From Vicugna vicugna (Eukaryota): a stretch of 64,000 nt of DNA. The DNA is taken from the NCBI GenBank assembly GCA_013265495.1, contig MU058444.1:124001-188000 (forward strand). The letters run 5' to 3'. How positions within the stretch are numbered: the stretch's first letter is position 1; every line of letters begins with the position of its first letter. Shown in pieces: positions 50,331-63,605 of the stretch. Position numbers and translations under genes: made by a program. Under the pieces are notes generated by a model. The model was given only the letters and a program-made list of their open reading frames with translations, did no database searches and was not told the origin of the DNA.

Positions 50331-51016
50331 TTTCCACTTGACTGTTGCATTTCCAAAATGATTTCTAGCATAAAACATGTCAGTATGGCCATATGTGCAC
50401 ATTTGGAACAAAAACTTGTTTTACAGTTCAATTCAAAGTTGCTCTTTTTTTGCAGGAGGATTTCTGTCCTGGCAATAGGTTATATTTCTGGGAATTCCAA
50501 GAGTTGCCTAATTTATTTGCCCCAGTCTCAATAAAACTGATTACATTTTTCTAACCTTCTCAGATACCAAATGTCCCTGATGATTCCAGATAAAAATGGA
50601 GACAGAATTCTAAACTTTATGAACAAAACCAAAGAATTTGATTTCCCCCCACTTCTCTATAAAGTAGAGGAAGAAAAACCTACATTAGGCTCAGAGACTT
50701 AAAATTATTGTTAAAAATTACAAGTAACTTTTTTTTATTGCTTTTAAAATACTTTTTAATGCTTTTATAAAGCAGCATGCTTATTATGATGACATTTTCC
50801 TAATCTAACACATTCCTTAGATTTCAAGAAAATATTTTCTGGCTCTCAGCTTCAGGACGGGGGCAGGAGGATCTGACCCCGCCATAGACCTCCCTCGATG
50901 AAATGAATCCACGACCGCAAACACGCAGACACCCCGCCCTCTCCCCTCCACGCCACCCCGTACACACCCCGGGATCTGCGAGACCAGGATTGGAGACTGT
51001 GGCCCCAGCTCCTTAC

Positions 51017-51200
51017 CCTCCTGTGTGAGTGGCGTCCCCGACTTGTGATGATGAAGATTCAGCAGCAGACTCCTTTTGAGAAGCAATCTGTGGAGAGAGG
51101 GGGTGTGGTATGGAGAGGGAAAAATCCGCTGGGGAGCCACCAGCAGCCACCTGACAAGGCGCAGCAGCAGCAGCAATTTTTAGAGTCACCCTTTGCCGCC
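51017..51200 (-). other. KLHL31: Candidate non-coding first exon of KLHL31
   Basis: Strong donor GAGG|GTAAGG (GT at 51016-51015) in a GC-rich, repeat-free region with GC boxes and nearby MEF2/E-box motifs. The coding exon begins at an acceptor, so an upstream exon is required. The 5' boundary is a guess. Confidence 0.45.
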
Positions 51201-51493
51201 CCACTGGCTACCACGCCTGCCCGACATCAGTGAGAGCCCTCCTCTTCCTCTCTGGCCTTCAGCTCTAGGCCACCCCGGGACAGAGGGCGGAGCTCTGGGC
51301 AGTGGAGAGGGCTTGGGTTTCTTAACCTGCTCAAGGGGGTGAGGAAGGGAAATGCATTAGGTGGGCGTTTGATTGCTGGAAGGCGGTGCTAGAGTGTGAG
51401 TACTTGGTAAAAGGAAGGGAAGGTTGTGGATGAAAATGAGCTTCTAGAAAGGTACATAGCCTGGTCACCTGAGGTCCTTTGAGAAGACTGGGT

Positions 51494-51503
51494 TTATAAA
51501 TAG
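51494..51503. promoter_or_regulatory. MEF2 consensus site in putative KLHL31 promoter
   Basis: TTATAAATAG matches YTA(W)4TAR, with E-boxes CACCTG (~51466) and CACATG (~51538) nearby. KLHL31 is a known striated-muscle gene. Confidence 0.5.
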
Positions 51504-52377
51504 ACAGCTCTTTAGACGAGGAGCACAGGGTGGCTGCCACATGGCTCCCGCGTCACTGGACTCATCGCAGAGTTCAGCAGAGTGAGGCTCACCACCAGGC
51601 CTTTTTATCCGGTGATCCGCTGGGAGGGCTGAGCTCAACACACCGGCACACATGCAGCTCGGGGAAATACTCTGGCAATACCCAATGTAGCGGGTGGTAA
51701 TTGACCACGAGCTTTAAATAGGCACCAGGAGGGTGAAACGGCTGCTAAAAACGTTAACCTGATATTAGGCCGCAATCATAGAAAAACAGATCACGGAAAA
51801 GAAATGTTCTAATTATTCTTCGTTAGTCAGATCATGCGTTCAGCGTTGCTTTGCCGCCCGGGCACACTGAGAAATTATTCTGTCTCCTGAAGGAGGTGGC
51901 TGGAAGGAAGCTGTGTCTGCTGGGATCTTAGGCAGAAAATAGGGCTAAGAGAGGACTCGGGAGGGGTGACACTGCTGGGTGCAAGGGTTTGGGGGGCTGT
52001 CGTGCAGCAAGGGGACTCAATTAAAAATTTTGTAGCTTATGATGTCATAAATTAAGCCCAATGGGTGGGACTTCCAGGGAAATAAAAATAAGGAAGGAGC
52101 AGTTTGATAACAAATGGGTTCTAGTGGTGGGAAGGAACCAGTGCCCTGTGATTAGAAGCATGGAAGTGAAGAAAGGTACGGCACTGGGGCAACACAGAAG
52201 GGACTCTCCTCGCCCTGGAACATTTCTGGGATCTTTCCAACCCTAAGACTCTGTGATTCTACGTATATTTGCCTCTAGTTCTCCTGACCCTGCTCAACTC
52301 ATTGGATAGCATCTTAGTTACCACTGCTGTTTCAATTCCAGTCAGCTTCCTTGTAGGGAAATCTATTTTGGTATTTT

Positions 52378-53020
52378 TTAAATTGAAGTACAGTCAATTA
52401 CAACGTGTCAATTTCTGGTGTACAGCACAGTGTCCCAGTCATGCATATTCATACATATAGTCGTTTTCATATTTTTTTCATTAAAGGTTATTCCAAGATA
52501 CTGAACATAGTTCCCTGTGCTCTACAGAAGAAACTTTTTAAAAATCTATTTTTATATATATATAGTGGCTAACATTTGTAAATCTCAAATTCCCAAATTT
52601 ATCCCTTCCCACTCCCTTTCCCCAGTAACCATAAGATTGTTTACTATGTCTGCGAGTCTGTTTCTGTTTTGTAGATGAGTTCATAGTGTCCTTTTTCTTT
52701 CTTTTTTTTTTTTNNNNNNNNNNNNNNNNNNNNNNNNNNNNNNNNNNNNNNNNNNNNNNNNNNNNNNNNNNNNNNNNNNNNNNNNNNNNNNNNNNNNNNN
52801 NNNNNNNNNCCATGTTGTTTGGCATTATTTTATTCCTTTTTATGGCTGAGTAGTATTCCATTGTATAAATATACCACAGCTTCTTTATCCAGTCATCTGT
52901 TGATGGGCATTTAGGTTGCTTCCATGTCTTGGCTATTGTAAATATTGCTGGTATGAACACTGGGGTGCATGTATCTTTGTAAATTAGCATTCCCTCTGGA
53001 TATATGCCCAGGAGTGGGAT
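52378..53020 (-). mobile_element. L1 3' end (ORF2 C-terminus and 3' UTR) spanning the assembly gap
   Basis: Translation ...IFTIAKTWKQPKCPSTDDWIKKLWYIYTMEYYSAIK; degenerate TSD tattttg-t-tttt. Confidence 0.9.
52714..52809. other. Assembly gap (96 N)
   Basis: Run of n characters after a poly(T) tract. Confidence 1.
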
Positions 53021-53476
53021 TATTTTGATGTTTTAAATTTACTTCCACCCATAGATCTCCAGCCCAGAATGTGTCAGAAGTAAATCAAAGGAAGCTCTTT
53101 AGTCTATAGTTTACATAAAGCTGATGGAGGACCACTCCCTCCCAAGTGATCCTTCTTGTGTCTACCTCCTTGACTCCAACAAAGGGCCAGAGCATTCAAC
53201 TCTGTTCTTATTGTGATTAAAAAAAATCAGCCATCTATTATTATTTATGATAATGATAGTATGAGAGGGAAAGGGCCTTCAAGAGGTAGGTGTCAATATT
53301 GACCCAATAACTATTATCTTCAAGGGTTCAAGACTATTCATTTCAGTTCTATGAGAACAACACTGAGATAATCCTTTCAATAGACTATTATTTGAGGTAG
53401 AGGTAGGAATCCAAGTGGAAGAGTAAGTGGCAGAAATAGAAAAATCTAAGAGACGCTTCAATGAAAAATCATTTAT

Positions 53477-54553
53477 AGCATTTATCATTTGTGGACTTTT
53501 TAATGATGGCCATTCTGACCAGTGTGAGGTGATACCTCATTGCAGTTTCAATTTGCATTTCTCTGATAATTGGCAATATTGAGCATTTTTTCATGTACCT
53601 ATTGGCTGTTTGTATGTCTTCATTAGAGAACTGTTTGTTTAGGCCTTCTGCCCATTTTTTGATTGGGCTGTTTGGTTTTTTGTTGTTGTTGTTATTGAGT
53701 TGTATGAGCTGTTTGTGTATCCTGGAAATTAAGCTCTAGTTGGTTGCATTGTTTACAAATATTTTCTCCCATTCCATACATTGTCTTTTTGTTTTGTTTA
53801 TAGTTTCCTTTGCCCTCCTACACTGTTGGTGGGAGTGTAGTTTGGTGCAGCCATTATGGAAAGCAGTATGGAGATTCCTTACAAAATTAAAAATAGAGTT
53901 ACCATATGACCCAGCAATCCCACTCCTGGGCATATATCCAGAAGGAACCCTACTTCAAAAAGACACCTACCCCCCAATGTTCACAGCAGCACTATTTACA
54001 ATAGCCAAGACATGGAAACAGCCTAAATGTCCATCAACAGATGACTGGATGAAAATGATGTGGTATATTTATACAATGAAATACTACTCAGCCATAAAAA
54101 AGAATAAAATAATGCCATTTGCAGCAACATGGATGGACCTAGGGATTATCATACAAAGTGAAGTGAGCCAGAAAGAGAAAAAAAAAACATATGATATCAC
54201 TCATATGCGGGATCTAAAAAAAAAAGACACAAATGAACTTATTTACAAAACAGAAACAGGCTCACAGATGCAGAAAACAAGCTTATGGTTACTGGGGCAG
54301 GGAGAGGGTGGGAAGGGATAAAATGGGAGTTCGGGATTTGCGGACACTAACTACTATATATTAAATAGATAAACAGCAAAGTCCTACTCTATAGCACAGG
54401 GAACTATATTCAATATCTTACAGTAACCTATGATGAAAAGGAATAGGAAAAGGAATATATATATATATATGTGTGTGTATCACTGAATCTCTATGCTGTA
54501 CACCAGAAACTAACACAACATTTTAAGTTGACTCTACTTCAATTAAAAAAAAT
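53477..54553 (+). mobile_element. 5'-inverted L1 (53477-53813 antisense, 53813-54553 sense)
   Basis: The sense part encodes the ORF2 C-terminus (LLHCWWEC...[13 protein letters not shown]...WKQPKCPS) followed by 3' UTR and A tail. The left part is ORF2 ([19 protein letters not shown]) on the opposite strand. Confidence 0.9.
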
Positions 54554-55782
54554 ATTGTCAAATTTCCCTCCCCCTAAAACCCCAAGCATTTACAACGTGG
54601 CTACGTATGTAAGGATTTGACTGCTGCTGTGGTTGCTCTGCTGGAAATAGCGGGCGTGGAACATCGGTGGAAAAGGAACCTGGACAGGAGGCTGTAGTGA
54701 ATAATAAGAATTTGATCTTTATCCTTAAAGCAAAGGGGGTCTACACCCTGAAGTTTATTTTACCACCAAGATGGCCCTGATGAGACTGGCATTTTAGAGA
54801 GAATGCTCTGGCATTCAGGGAGCATAACCTTTGCAGAATTTAGTTTTAGAAATTGACTGAAAATATTAGGCGAGTTGTCAGCAAAGACTGGGGTGGAGTA
54901 GAGGGTGTGGGTGGTTTGAGGAGTGAAGAGAAGGCATCAGGTTGTCTAGAAGAGTCAGGGAGAACACAGGCTAGGATTGCCCGGCAGGATAGAAGGCCCA
55001 GGTGGGGTCAGTGACCATGACTGTTGGTCTGAGACCAGTCAGCCTGCTTGTACGTTCTTCTTAAGCCAAGTTCAGCTGCAGAGAAACCAGAGAGCTGGAT
55101 TTAACCTGGAGAAGGGGTTTTGCAAGGTGGGTAACTTGTTTCCATTGTCAGGGCCTGTCATTCCTTCACCAGCCTCCCCCTGACCCTCTGCCACAGACCA
55201 GCTCAACGGCACGCTCCATGGGGGCAGGGAACTTGATCTGTTTTGACCACTGATGCATTTCAAGTGCCTAAAACAGTGCCTGGCACATAGTGGATGATGA
55301 ATAATTGTTTATTAACTGAACAGGTGAATAAATGAATAAATATTGAATGAGTAAGATGAAATCAGAGGACAAGAGAGTTGAGCGTCTGTGTCAGGGAGTG
55401 TTGTAATGGCAGACCACGAAGCTGAGCTGAATGAGGATGGATATGAAGTCCTGAGGGCAGGGAGTTTTTCTTGTTAATTCCTGCAGCCTCACACAGAGTA
55501 GGTACTCAGTAACCATTTGTTGAATAGAAAAATAATACTGGCAACACAGTAAAATAGAAAGATGAAAACTACTGTGGCATTTTGCTTTTTACTTAGTCTA
55601 GCTATCTCTCACAGCAATTCACAAAACAGCCAAAACAGGTATCCTTTAAAAAAGCATTTACAGCTGAAAGAACCATCGGACAAGAACCCATGGTCCCCAA
55701 AGCGTATCTGTCTGCTGTCGATGATAGCTCTGATAATTTAACGAGTTCTCAATGCTTACTATCAGTCGGAAGTCACTTAGAA

Positions 55783-55948
55783 TGCTGCTTCTCAAACTTT
55801 CATGCGTACAGGAATTACCTGGGGGCCTTGTTGGATATTGATTCTGAGAAGGTATGTCTGGAATGGGGCCCGAGATCCTGCCTTTCTAACGAGCTCACAG
55901 GTAATGCTGATGCTGCTGGTCCAGGGACCACACTTTGAGTAGCAAGGA
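55783..55948. mobile_element. MER5-like hAT MITE
   Basis: gcttctcaaactt...tgatgctgctggtccagggaccacactttgagtagcaagg. Confidence 0.75.
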
Positions 55949-56349
55949 TGTGTCTCTGAAGGGACAGGATTTGGTTAAAATACAATGGAAGTCATTCCAT
56001 CAGCACCACTCAGTGTTCCGTTACCAAACCTTCAAATCTACTGGAAGTCTCCCACCTTTCCTTCTTTGCCTCATTTAAAGGGAACAGCCCTCCTTCTGAG
56101 CCCAGTTTTGGATTAAAGACACGGCCACCTGTTCGGGAACCTTGCTCAGTTCTCCCCACCCTGTACCCAGCCCGTCCACACCTGCCAGCCAATTTCCACC
56201 ACCACTTAATGGGACACAAACTCTTCTATTTAAAAAAATACAGTGAACAAAACTTTCCATTTAGTCTGTATCCCCCCCCACCCTCCACAATTAATGTCAC
56301 ACTTCTCTCCACTTTTTCATGGGCAGACTTCTCAAATGTATTGTATGTC

Positions 56350-57420
56350 TACACCTGCTGCCTCTATCTTGTTTCTTTCCATTTCCCCCTTGACTAAATC
56401 CAGCCAGGCTTCCCTGTTCACTCTCCTACCAAAGGGCTTGTGCCAAGGCCGCAAATAATCCTGAGTCACTGGGTTTTTGGACATTTGCCAGGGCTTGGCC
56501 TTTCAGAATTATTCCACACGGTTGACCAATGGCTCCTACTAAAAATGCCCTTTTCCCATTGGTTCGTTTTCCTCCAATAACTCTGGCTGTTTCTTCTCAT
56601 TCTCCTTTCCGAGTAGAAGGTCCTCTATCCAGTTCTTGAAGAGGAAGCTGCTTCAGAACAGTCCTAGACTCTCTTCCATCCTCAAAACTGCATCTGGAAG
56701 ATGAGCTCTGGCATTCTTAGACGTCTCACAGGCTCTTTAAACTCATTATTTCCGAGAAGAAAGTCATCCTTTCCCTCCAAATAGGTTCCATCTACTACAT
56801 TCTCTTTGGTAGTAACAAGCCACTCCTCCTGATCAGGTTCCTCAAATGGCAAGTTTAGGGTCATCGTTCACCTCTTCCTCATCACCCCGCACCCCCATCT
56901 CCACCCTGATCGATCACCATGTCCTGTTACTACACGTCCGTAGTTTCTCTCCCCCTGCTGCCTTGTGGTCCAAGCCATCGTCACCTCTCACCTGGACCCC
57001 TTAATGGCCTTCCTGTATCCACTCTTGTTTCCCTCCAGTCCCTCCCCTGCACAGTGTAGCCAAAGTGATCTTCTCGTCTGATCGTGTGACTCCCCTGCAC
57101 AAAATTCACCAGCTTTCCATTTCCTCAGGATACAGCCCCACGTCCTCCTCTGGCTTCCAGTGCCTTTCGGCCACCTGGCCCCTGCCTGTCTCTGTGACCT
57201 CTTCATGCAAAACCAGTCCTCACCCTCTCCAAGGGCCTCGAACACACCACACTCACCCTCCTGCCCTAGGTCTTCAGAGTTGCTGCTCCAACTGCCCAAG
57301 TGGTCGCTCCCCGCAGTAACTCATCCTTTGCATCGTGGCTTTAATATCACTTACTCAAGAAGTCCTTGCTGGGACCTTCAGCCAGCCTCGGTGCTCCCGC
57401 AGTGCCTTCAGTTTCCATGT
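56350..57420 (+). mobile_element. L2 LINE fragment
   Basis: Pyrimidine-rich L2 text (ccaagccatcgtcacctctcacctggac...agccaaagtgatctt). Further short L2 3' ends lie near 4240-4365, 26270-26420, 55250-55530 and 59880-60190. Confidence 0.65.
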
Positions 57421-57637
57421 CACAGAGCAGCAACTCCTCGCTGGGCTACAAGTGCCCTAAGTACTAAAAGCCAGCGTGTATCCGTAGGAATTCCGTATCA
57501 GGCACTAGTGCTGTAGAGAGCGTCTAAGATGCACCCACATGATCGCTGTCTCCTGGGATTCATAGCCTTACGCGATCTCCTAACTTCCGGTAACCTGTGC
57601 TAAGCAATAGGATACCTCAAAGCTGAGGGGATGTGAC

Positions 57638-58228
57638 TGAAACCCAGGGTAGCCATCAGATTCATTAAACTATAACTGTGAGCTACCGACAGTGGCCAAG
57701 CTTGATCTGAATGTTCTTAACAAAAACTCGCATAGCCTCCAAGCATCACGTAGCCTAAACGTAAGATTTTTGCCCAAGTTGTTTTTCAGGAGCTTGGAGT
57801 CAGCTGTGTCCAGTTGGAGCTCAAGCTGGTTAAGACCGGTTGGGTCCACCAACCCTCCAACTGGGCATGTGTGAGTGCCCTTTCAGTGACCTTTTGGGGT
57901 CAGAGGGCACAAAACTCCACCCTCTGATCATGCTAACACCACCATTATCTGAACACGCACTCCGTAGAGAAGCAGGTAGCTTAGTTGCACCTGTGCAGAA
58001 TGAGGATTACCTCACCGTTTTCGTGTTTCCAATCACCTCTGCCCGCGATCCTCACACCTCAGCTTTATCCCATTAATACCCTGGGCCCTCAACTTCAGGG
58101 GGCGGATCTGAGATTTGTTCTCCTGTCCCTCACTTGGCTGCCTTGTGAATAGACTCTTTCTCTGCAAGACTCACCGTCTTGGTGTTCGGCTTACTGTGTG
58201 TCGGGGAAACGGAGCTGGCTAGGTAACA
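57638..58228 (+). mobile_element. ERV1-like solo LTR nested in an MLT1 (flanks ~57513-57637 and 58229-58320)
   Basis: TG...CA termini, 591 bp; the flanks rejoin to MLT1-like gggatgtga(c/t)ttctgtgattagattacaaaagactg. Confidence 0.65.
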
Positions 58229-58917
58229 CGATTTCTGTGATTAGATTACAAAAGACTGACTTCTGTCTTTATAGCAGACTTTCTCCCTTTACTGGTTTTG
58301 ATGGAGCCCAGTGCAGAGTTTGCGATCCCTTCATGGTCTGTTTTCAGCGGTTTGCGATCTGCAGGGTGATCACCCTCTGTGGCACAAAAGTTTCAATAAA
58401 GTCTGCTCTATATCCATGCCCTGGGTGGGTGTTTTGAGTGGAAATCAGTGAAAAGCTAGCCACGTCAGCCCCCAGCGGAGATGACAGGAGAGCTGTGAGC
58501 ACGGGCTGTGATGGGGAGTCCAGCGGAGGGTCCCCTGGAGTCAGAAGGCAAGTCCCTGAATTGCAGGTCAGGGCACCGAAGGATCTTCCCCAAGGCTGTG
58601 ACTCACAGCGGTCAAGCCAATTTTATTTAACTAGCCAAAAGGCTTGGAGACCTCAGCCGACCTCTGGGTCACGCCAGTGTTAATCCACTTGTCTTCCCTG
58701 AGTAGGACGGGCTCGGGGTGGGGGTGGGGGGGTACAGGGAGCAGCAGTGCTGTTTCCATCTTTATTGGGGGAGTAGGAATCTGCCGGCTGGTGACTGCAA
58801 ACAAATGGGACTGGAAGAGCCAGCAGAGGCCACATGCCAGGAATTTCCAGATAATAGACTCGCGTTGCCTTTCAAGGTGAAACAAAGGGAGATGTTTTGT
58901 TATTCAAACATATAAGC

Positions 58918-59242
58918 TTTTTTTTTCAAAGATACAGTCGATTTAGAATGCTGTGTTAGTTTCTGCTGTATAACAGTGATTCGGTTATACATACACAGAT
59001 TCTTTTTTCTTTTTTTATTATTTTATTTTTTTATATTCTTTTTCATTATAGATCATTACAAGATTATAGTTCCCTGTGCTATCCAGTTGGACCTTGTTGC
59101 TTATCTATTTTATACATTGTAGTATGTATCTGCTAACCCCAAACTCCTGATTTTTCCCTCTCCACCCCTTCCCCCTTTGCTAACCACAAGTTTGTTTTCT
59201 ACGTCTGTGAGTCTCTATCTGTTTTGTAAGTAAGATCGTTTG
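58918..59242 (-). mobile_element. L1 3' end
   Basis: atagttccctgtgctatccagttggaccttgttgcttatctattttatac; T tail. Confidence 0.8.
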
Positions 59243-62200
59243 CAAACACAGACACTTTAAGCAGGAAGCACTGACTAACATAAGTTCAGCCAGCCAGCTC
59301 AGGTGTATTCAAAGTTTCCAGCAAACTCTTACTTTTGGAAAATAAACACGAGGTCGAGCAATGAAGTAAAAACCTTTCATGGCGCCTGCAGCTAGCTCAG
59401 CGAGTTCACGCAGCCGATCCCCACAGTGTCTAGAAATGCCAGCTGTGCTCGGGCTGTGCTCAGTCTACTTAAGAGGTTCTTGACGTAAGTGGACACTTGC
59501 AAACCACATGTTCTGTTGTGACATTTTAAAGGTGACAGGACTGTTTTGGATAAGACACACTTGTAAAGGAGAAAACCTATTCATGGCAGGCACTTCTGAG
59601 AGTATGACGCGGTTTTCAAAACACGGAGCACAGTTCCCCCAAGACTGTAAGAAGAAAGTCACCGAGGGCTGCTTTTCCGTGTCACATAATGAAGACAGTA
59701 GACACTTAAAAGCTGAGGACCAGCTCTCATTTGGGGCGGCACCATTGAAAAGTCCACCTTCTATAGTGTAGGTGCCTGTTATTCAGAGATCTTGCTTTCC
59801 TGGCTGTGTTTGGCTTATTAACAGTTAGCTACTGGCTCATGTGGCCACACGGAGTGAAAACTGTATCACTTTCTTTGCTAACAAGTTTTGATAGTGTGTC
59901 TTCTCGGAGCCCCCTTCCCTGACCTGCCTGCCTCCCCCTTCGCCACCCGCCTCCCGGACTAAGTGCCTTCTCCCACGTTCCTACAACGCCGTGGGTATAG
60001 CTGTGTCTCGTGGCACTTCCTACATCATAATTATGTGGTTTTCTCCTCCCTGGCCTATGAGATCCTGGAGGACTGGGCCCTCGTGTCCATTTTTTATCTC
60101 TGTACCCAGCATGGTGCCTGGTATATGATCAGTGCTCAAGAAAGTCTGTCGTCCCAGGGGTGATCAGCTGCTTGCATGAATGACCCACTAACTCTGGAAT
60201 GAAACAAGACTGAAACACGATTAATTTCTCATCTTTCTCATTGGTTGCGTTGTCAAGCTACCTTGAAAAAGTCTAAGACATCCCTTCTACTGACTGCCCT
60301 GTATAAGCAATGGTCCTGTTCTAGGCTAGCCCGCCACACTCTCCCTTTTCACCATCCCCCTAACTGTCTGGGCTTTGATTTTATTAAAATATTTCTCCTT
60401 GACCTCACCACAGTCAAGAGCTATGTCATTATGGAAGATTTACAGAAGCCAAAAGAAGAAGTGTGATTGTGATGCTTTTTTGTAAAGTTTTAGCAATCAC
60501 TTCTTATTTCTGCTCTTTTTTTTTTTTAAAGAAATCCTGCAATCATAAAATCTGGAAACCACAGTGTCTTGTGTTTATGCACATTGGGATCAACTCTGTG
60601 TTGTCTTAAAAGAGCTTTCAATTGCACGAGTTATTTCTAAACAGAGGGATTTATTAAAATTATGTTCTGAAAGCTGGACAGAGTTCTCACAGGGAACACG
60701 GTGACCCCTTGCTATGTGGAAAACAGCTGGAAAGAATATAATGAGCAAAAAACAGATGTTACAGTTTCCTTATTCTGAACTCCTTGCTCTTTCTACATAG
60801 GTGGTCCTTCCTGTCCTCAGTCAATGCATTTTCACTCTTTTTTCACGTATTCCAAGCAAAGCAGATCCCAAGCAGTTCAGCAGACAGACCCGGCAGGAGA
60901 TGACCGATTAATCAGGATGGAGGCAAAGGAATGACAGTGGGGCATAGGAATTCCAGAACCTTCTCCATCTTAGACATTTAGGGTAGAGGTACTCATTCCC
61001 GAACACCAGAGGACTCAGAACTGTTGCCCTGTGGACTGAATTTGCCCTGCCGAAGTGTTTTGTTTGGCTGTACAGTGCTTCTATTTTTTATTTTATTGAG
61101 CTGATATTTTAAAATAAAGGAATTTCCATGGGAGTATATGGTTTGGCTTTTCATGAACAGTCGTAGGATCGAGCCCGACTGGGTTTGTGTGTCCATGTCG
61201 GGATAGCAGCTGCCTCTGAGCAGTGGCTGCATCCCCCAGCCGGGCACGTGCCCCACCTCCTCCCCGCCACCCACACCTGCCCCGCCCTGCACCTGCCCTG
61301 ATGTTTTGCCGGTTTCTGCCTGAAGACAATTGAGTTCGCCACCAAGAGCTTCACACCAGGGTCCACTTCCTAGTTGTCATACGGCTTTGAAGTTAGAAGC
61401 GATTTTATAAAAAACAGCTTCTTTGGGTAGAAGATCCGACTTGAGCATCCTCAGCGAGCAGTCACCTGACCGTCTTTGGCTTTGCTGTGACCGGGAGTTC
61501 TCTGCAGCACTGAGAAGGTCTCGCCTTTTTTCTTCCCTAGAATCAGCAACTTTTAATTTATGTAAAATCCAGTGTCTCCCAAAGCCCATTCTATGGTACC
61601 TTTCTTCCAAAGGGTGTTAAAATTGGTGTGTGAGCCAATTAAAGGAGAATGTCACCAGTCAGACGCATGTATGTTCAGCAAAGAGAAGGTCCTGGGGTTT
61701 TTGTTGATTTTTTTTCTTTTTGGTAAAGGACTTCTCAGAGCTTTTAAAATACTATTATGTGTACTGCTGATCTTTAAGAGGAAGATAAATACATGGTCTT
61801 TTTTTTTAATAGACAATGTCCAGGCCACACGGTTCTCCCTTCCCACCTTGGTGCTTCTCTGGCCTGAGGGGTGGAATCCTGGGAGAACCCGTTTGATGTA
61901 CAAGCATGCATGAGCCCAAGTGCAGGGTTCATCATCTTTTAAGAGACACAACCAGGGTTCTGGTAGAGTTGGTTCATTCAAAAAAGCTGTCTTTAGAGAA
62001 CTGATATTTAATCTGAGACCTGAGTTATGAGACACTATTAAATAAGCATTAATCAGGAATTATGGCTCAGAGGCTAGGAATACACTAGGAATTATCATCT
62101 TTTTTCTCTTGCAGATTGCTCACGGTCCAGTTGAGGAGAGAAATGAATGATGACGACAGAAAGAGGCTAACACCTATTAAGTGTAATGGGAAATATGTGG

Positions 62201-63227
62201 AATTTGGCCTGAAGACGCTGGTGAAGTTTGGGCACAGGACACGGTGTTTGACAAGGTCCCGAGGGATCCAGAGTTTGCCAGGTGAACAGGTAAGGGCATC
62301 ATCAGAGTGTGTTTCTCCAATGCGGGGAGGAGTTCAAAATGCCTTTTCGGGAGTCTGTGAGTCCTCAACGGGAGTTGTAAGTTTCCTCTTTGCTTTTAGG
62401 ATAATCTTTTTAAAGTCCGTTAAGCGCACCTGGATCACGTGTGAGCTACCTTATCCCCAGACACTGATACACCATGTCAGGACCTACATTTTCAAATGTG
62501 TTATGATTGCGGGGTATCAAGTAACACTGTCTTCATTATCTGTTGCTGAACAGGAATTCAGACCCAGTATGTGGAGAGAGATTCTAATTGCTGGATCCTA
62601 ATTTCAAGACAAGTAGAAAATTAAACTTGTCATGTGAAATATTCTAATTTTTAAATGTCAGAAACTGATTTTTTTCAACATTGTCTGTGGTAACAAAACA
62701 AAAGCGCTGACCACGTGCTCGTGACTCTACTCTAGAATGCCTTTGAACCTCAAGGCATCTTTATCCACCTCATGGCCACAACGTCTCACTGCAGTTAGAA
62801 GGGCTTGAGGAAATCTGATTCCTGCAATGCTGACCTTGAAAACCCTAATGTATAAAGCTGACCAAAGAGGACAACAGGGGCCCGAAAGAAACTCAGCAGA
62901 AGGAAGGGGTGGTCTGGCTGCTGGCCTGAGCTCACACAAGGAAGATGCTGCCTGGGGAGCAGGAGGGAATGGGGGTGACGCCCTCCGGGACCCGTCGTGC
63001 TCGCCTGAGCTCTGCTTTGGGAAACGTGGCTGAGCCGTGAGGGTGGACTGGAGGGCAGCCCCCGTGGCTCTGGTGAGGGCTTCCCGGGCAGCATCAGGAG
63101 GGTGTGCTCGACCACGGCGTACGGCTGTGACCCAGCAGTGTTGGTGATGAAGCCTTTGGGGTTCCCGGTTTCTCGACCACGTTGTAGGAGTGACGCTCTT
63201 TTGAGTGAGAAACCCCTTTTGTCCTTT

Positions 63228-63605
63228 CCAGTTTTATTGAGATAGAATTGGCATACAGCCCTGTACAAGTTTGAGGTATACCGTGCGATGATACGACTTA
63301 CCTGCATCCTGATGATTGCAGCAAGTTTAGTGAACATTCATCATCTCATAGAGGTGCAAAATTAAAGAGAGAAAAAATAACTTCGATGAGATGAGAGCTC
63401 TTAGGATTTACTCTCTTACCAATTTTCATGTACAACATACAGCAGTGTAAATTACATTTATCACGTTGTGCGTGACATCCTTGGAACTCATTTATCTTAA
63501 TACTAGAAGTTCGTACCTTTTGACTGCCTTCCTCAAATTCCCTCTCCCCTGACCCCCGCCTATGGTAACCACAAATCTGATCTCTTTTTCTATGAGTTTA
63601 TTTGT
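63228..63605 (-). mobile_element. Older L1MA-like 3' end
   Basis: ccagttttattgagatagaattg...ctcttaggatttactctctt...ggtaaccacaaatctgatctctttttctatgagttt. Confidence 0.75.

Noticed and set aside
53740..54321. 193-aa ORF as a gene
   Set aside because: Chimera of antisense L1 and the L1 ORF2 C-terminus across the inversion junction.
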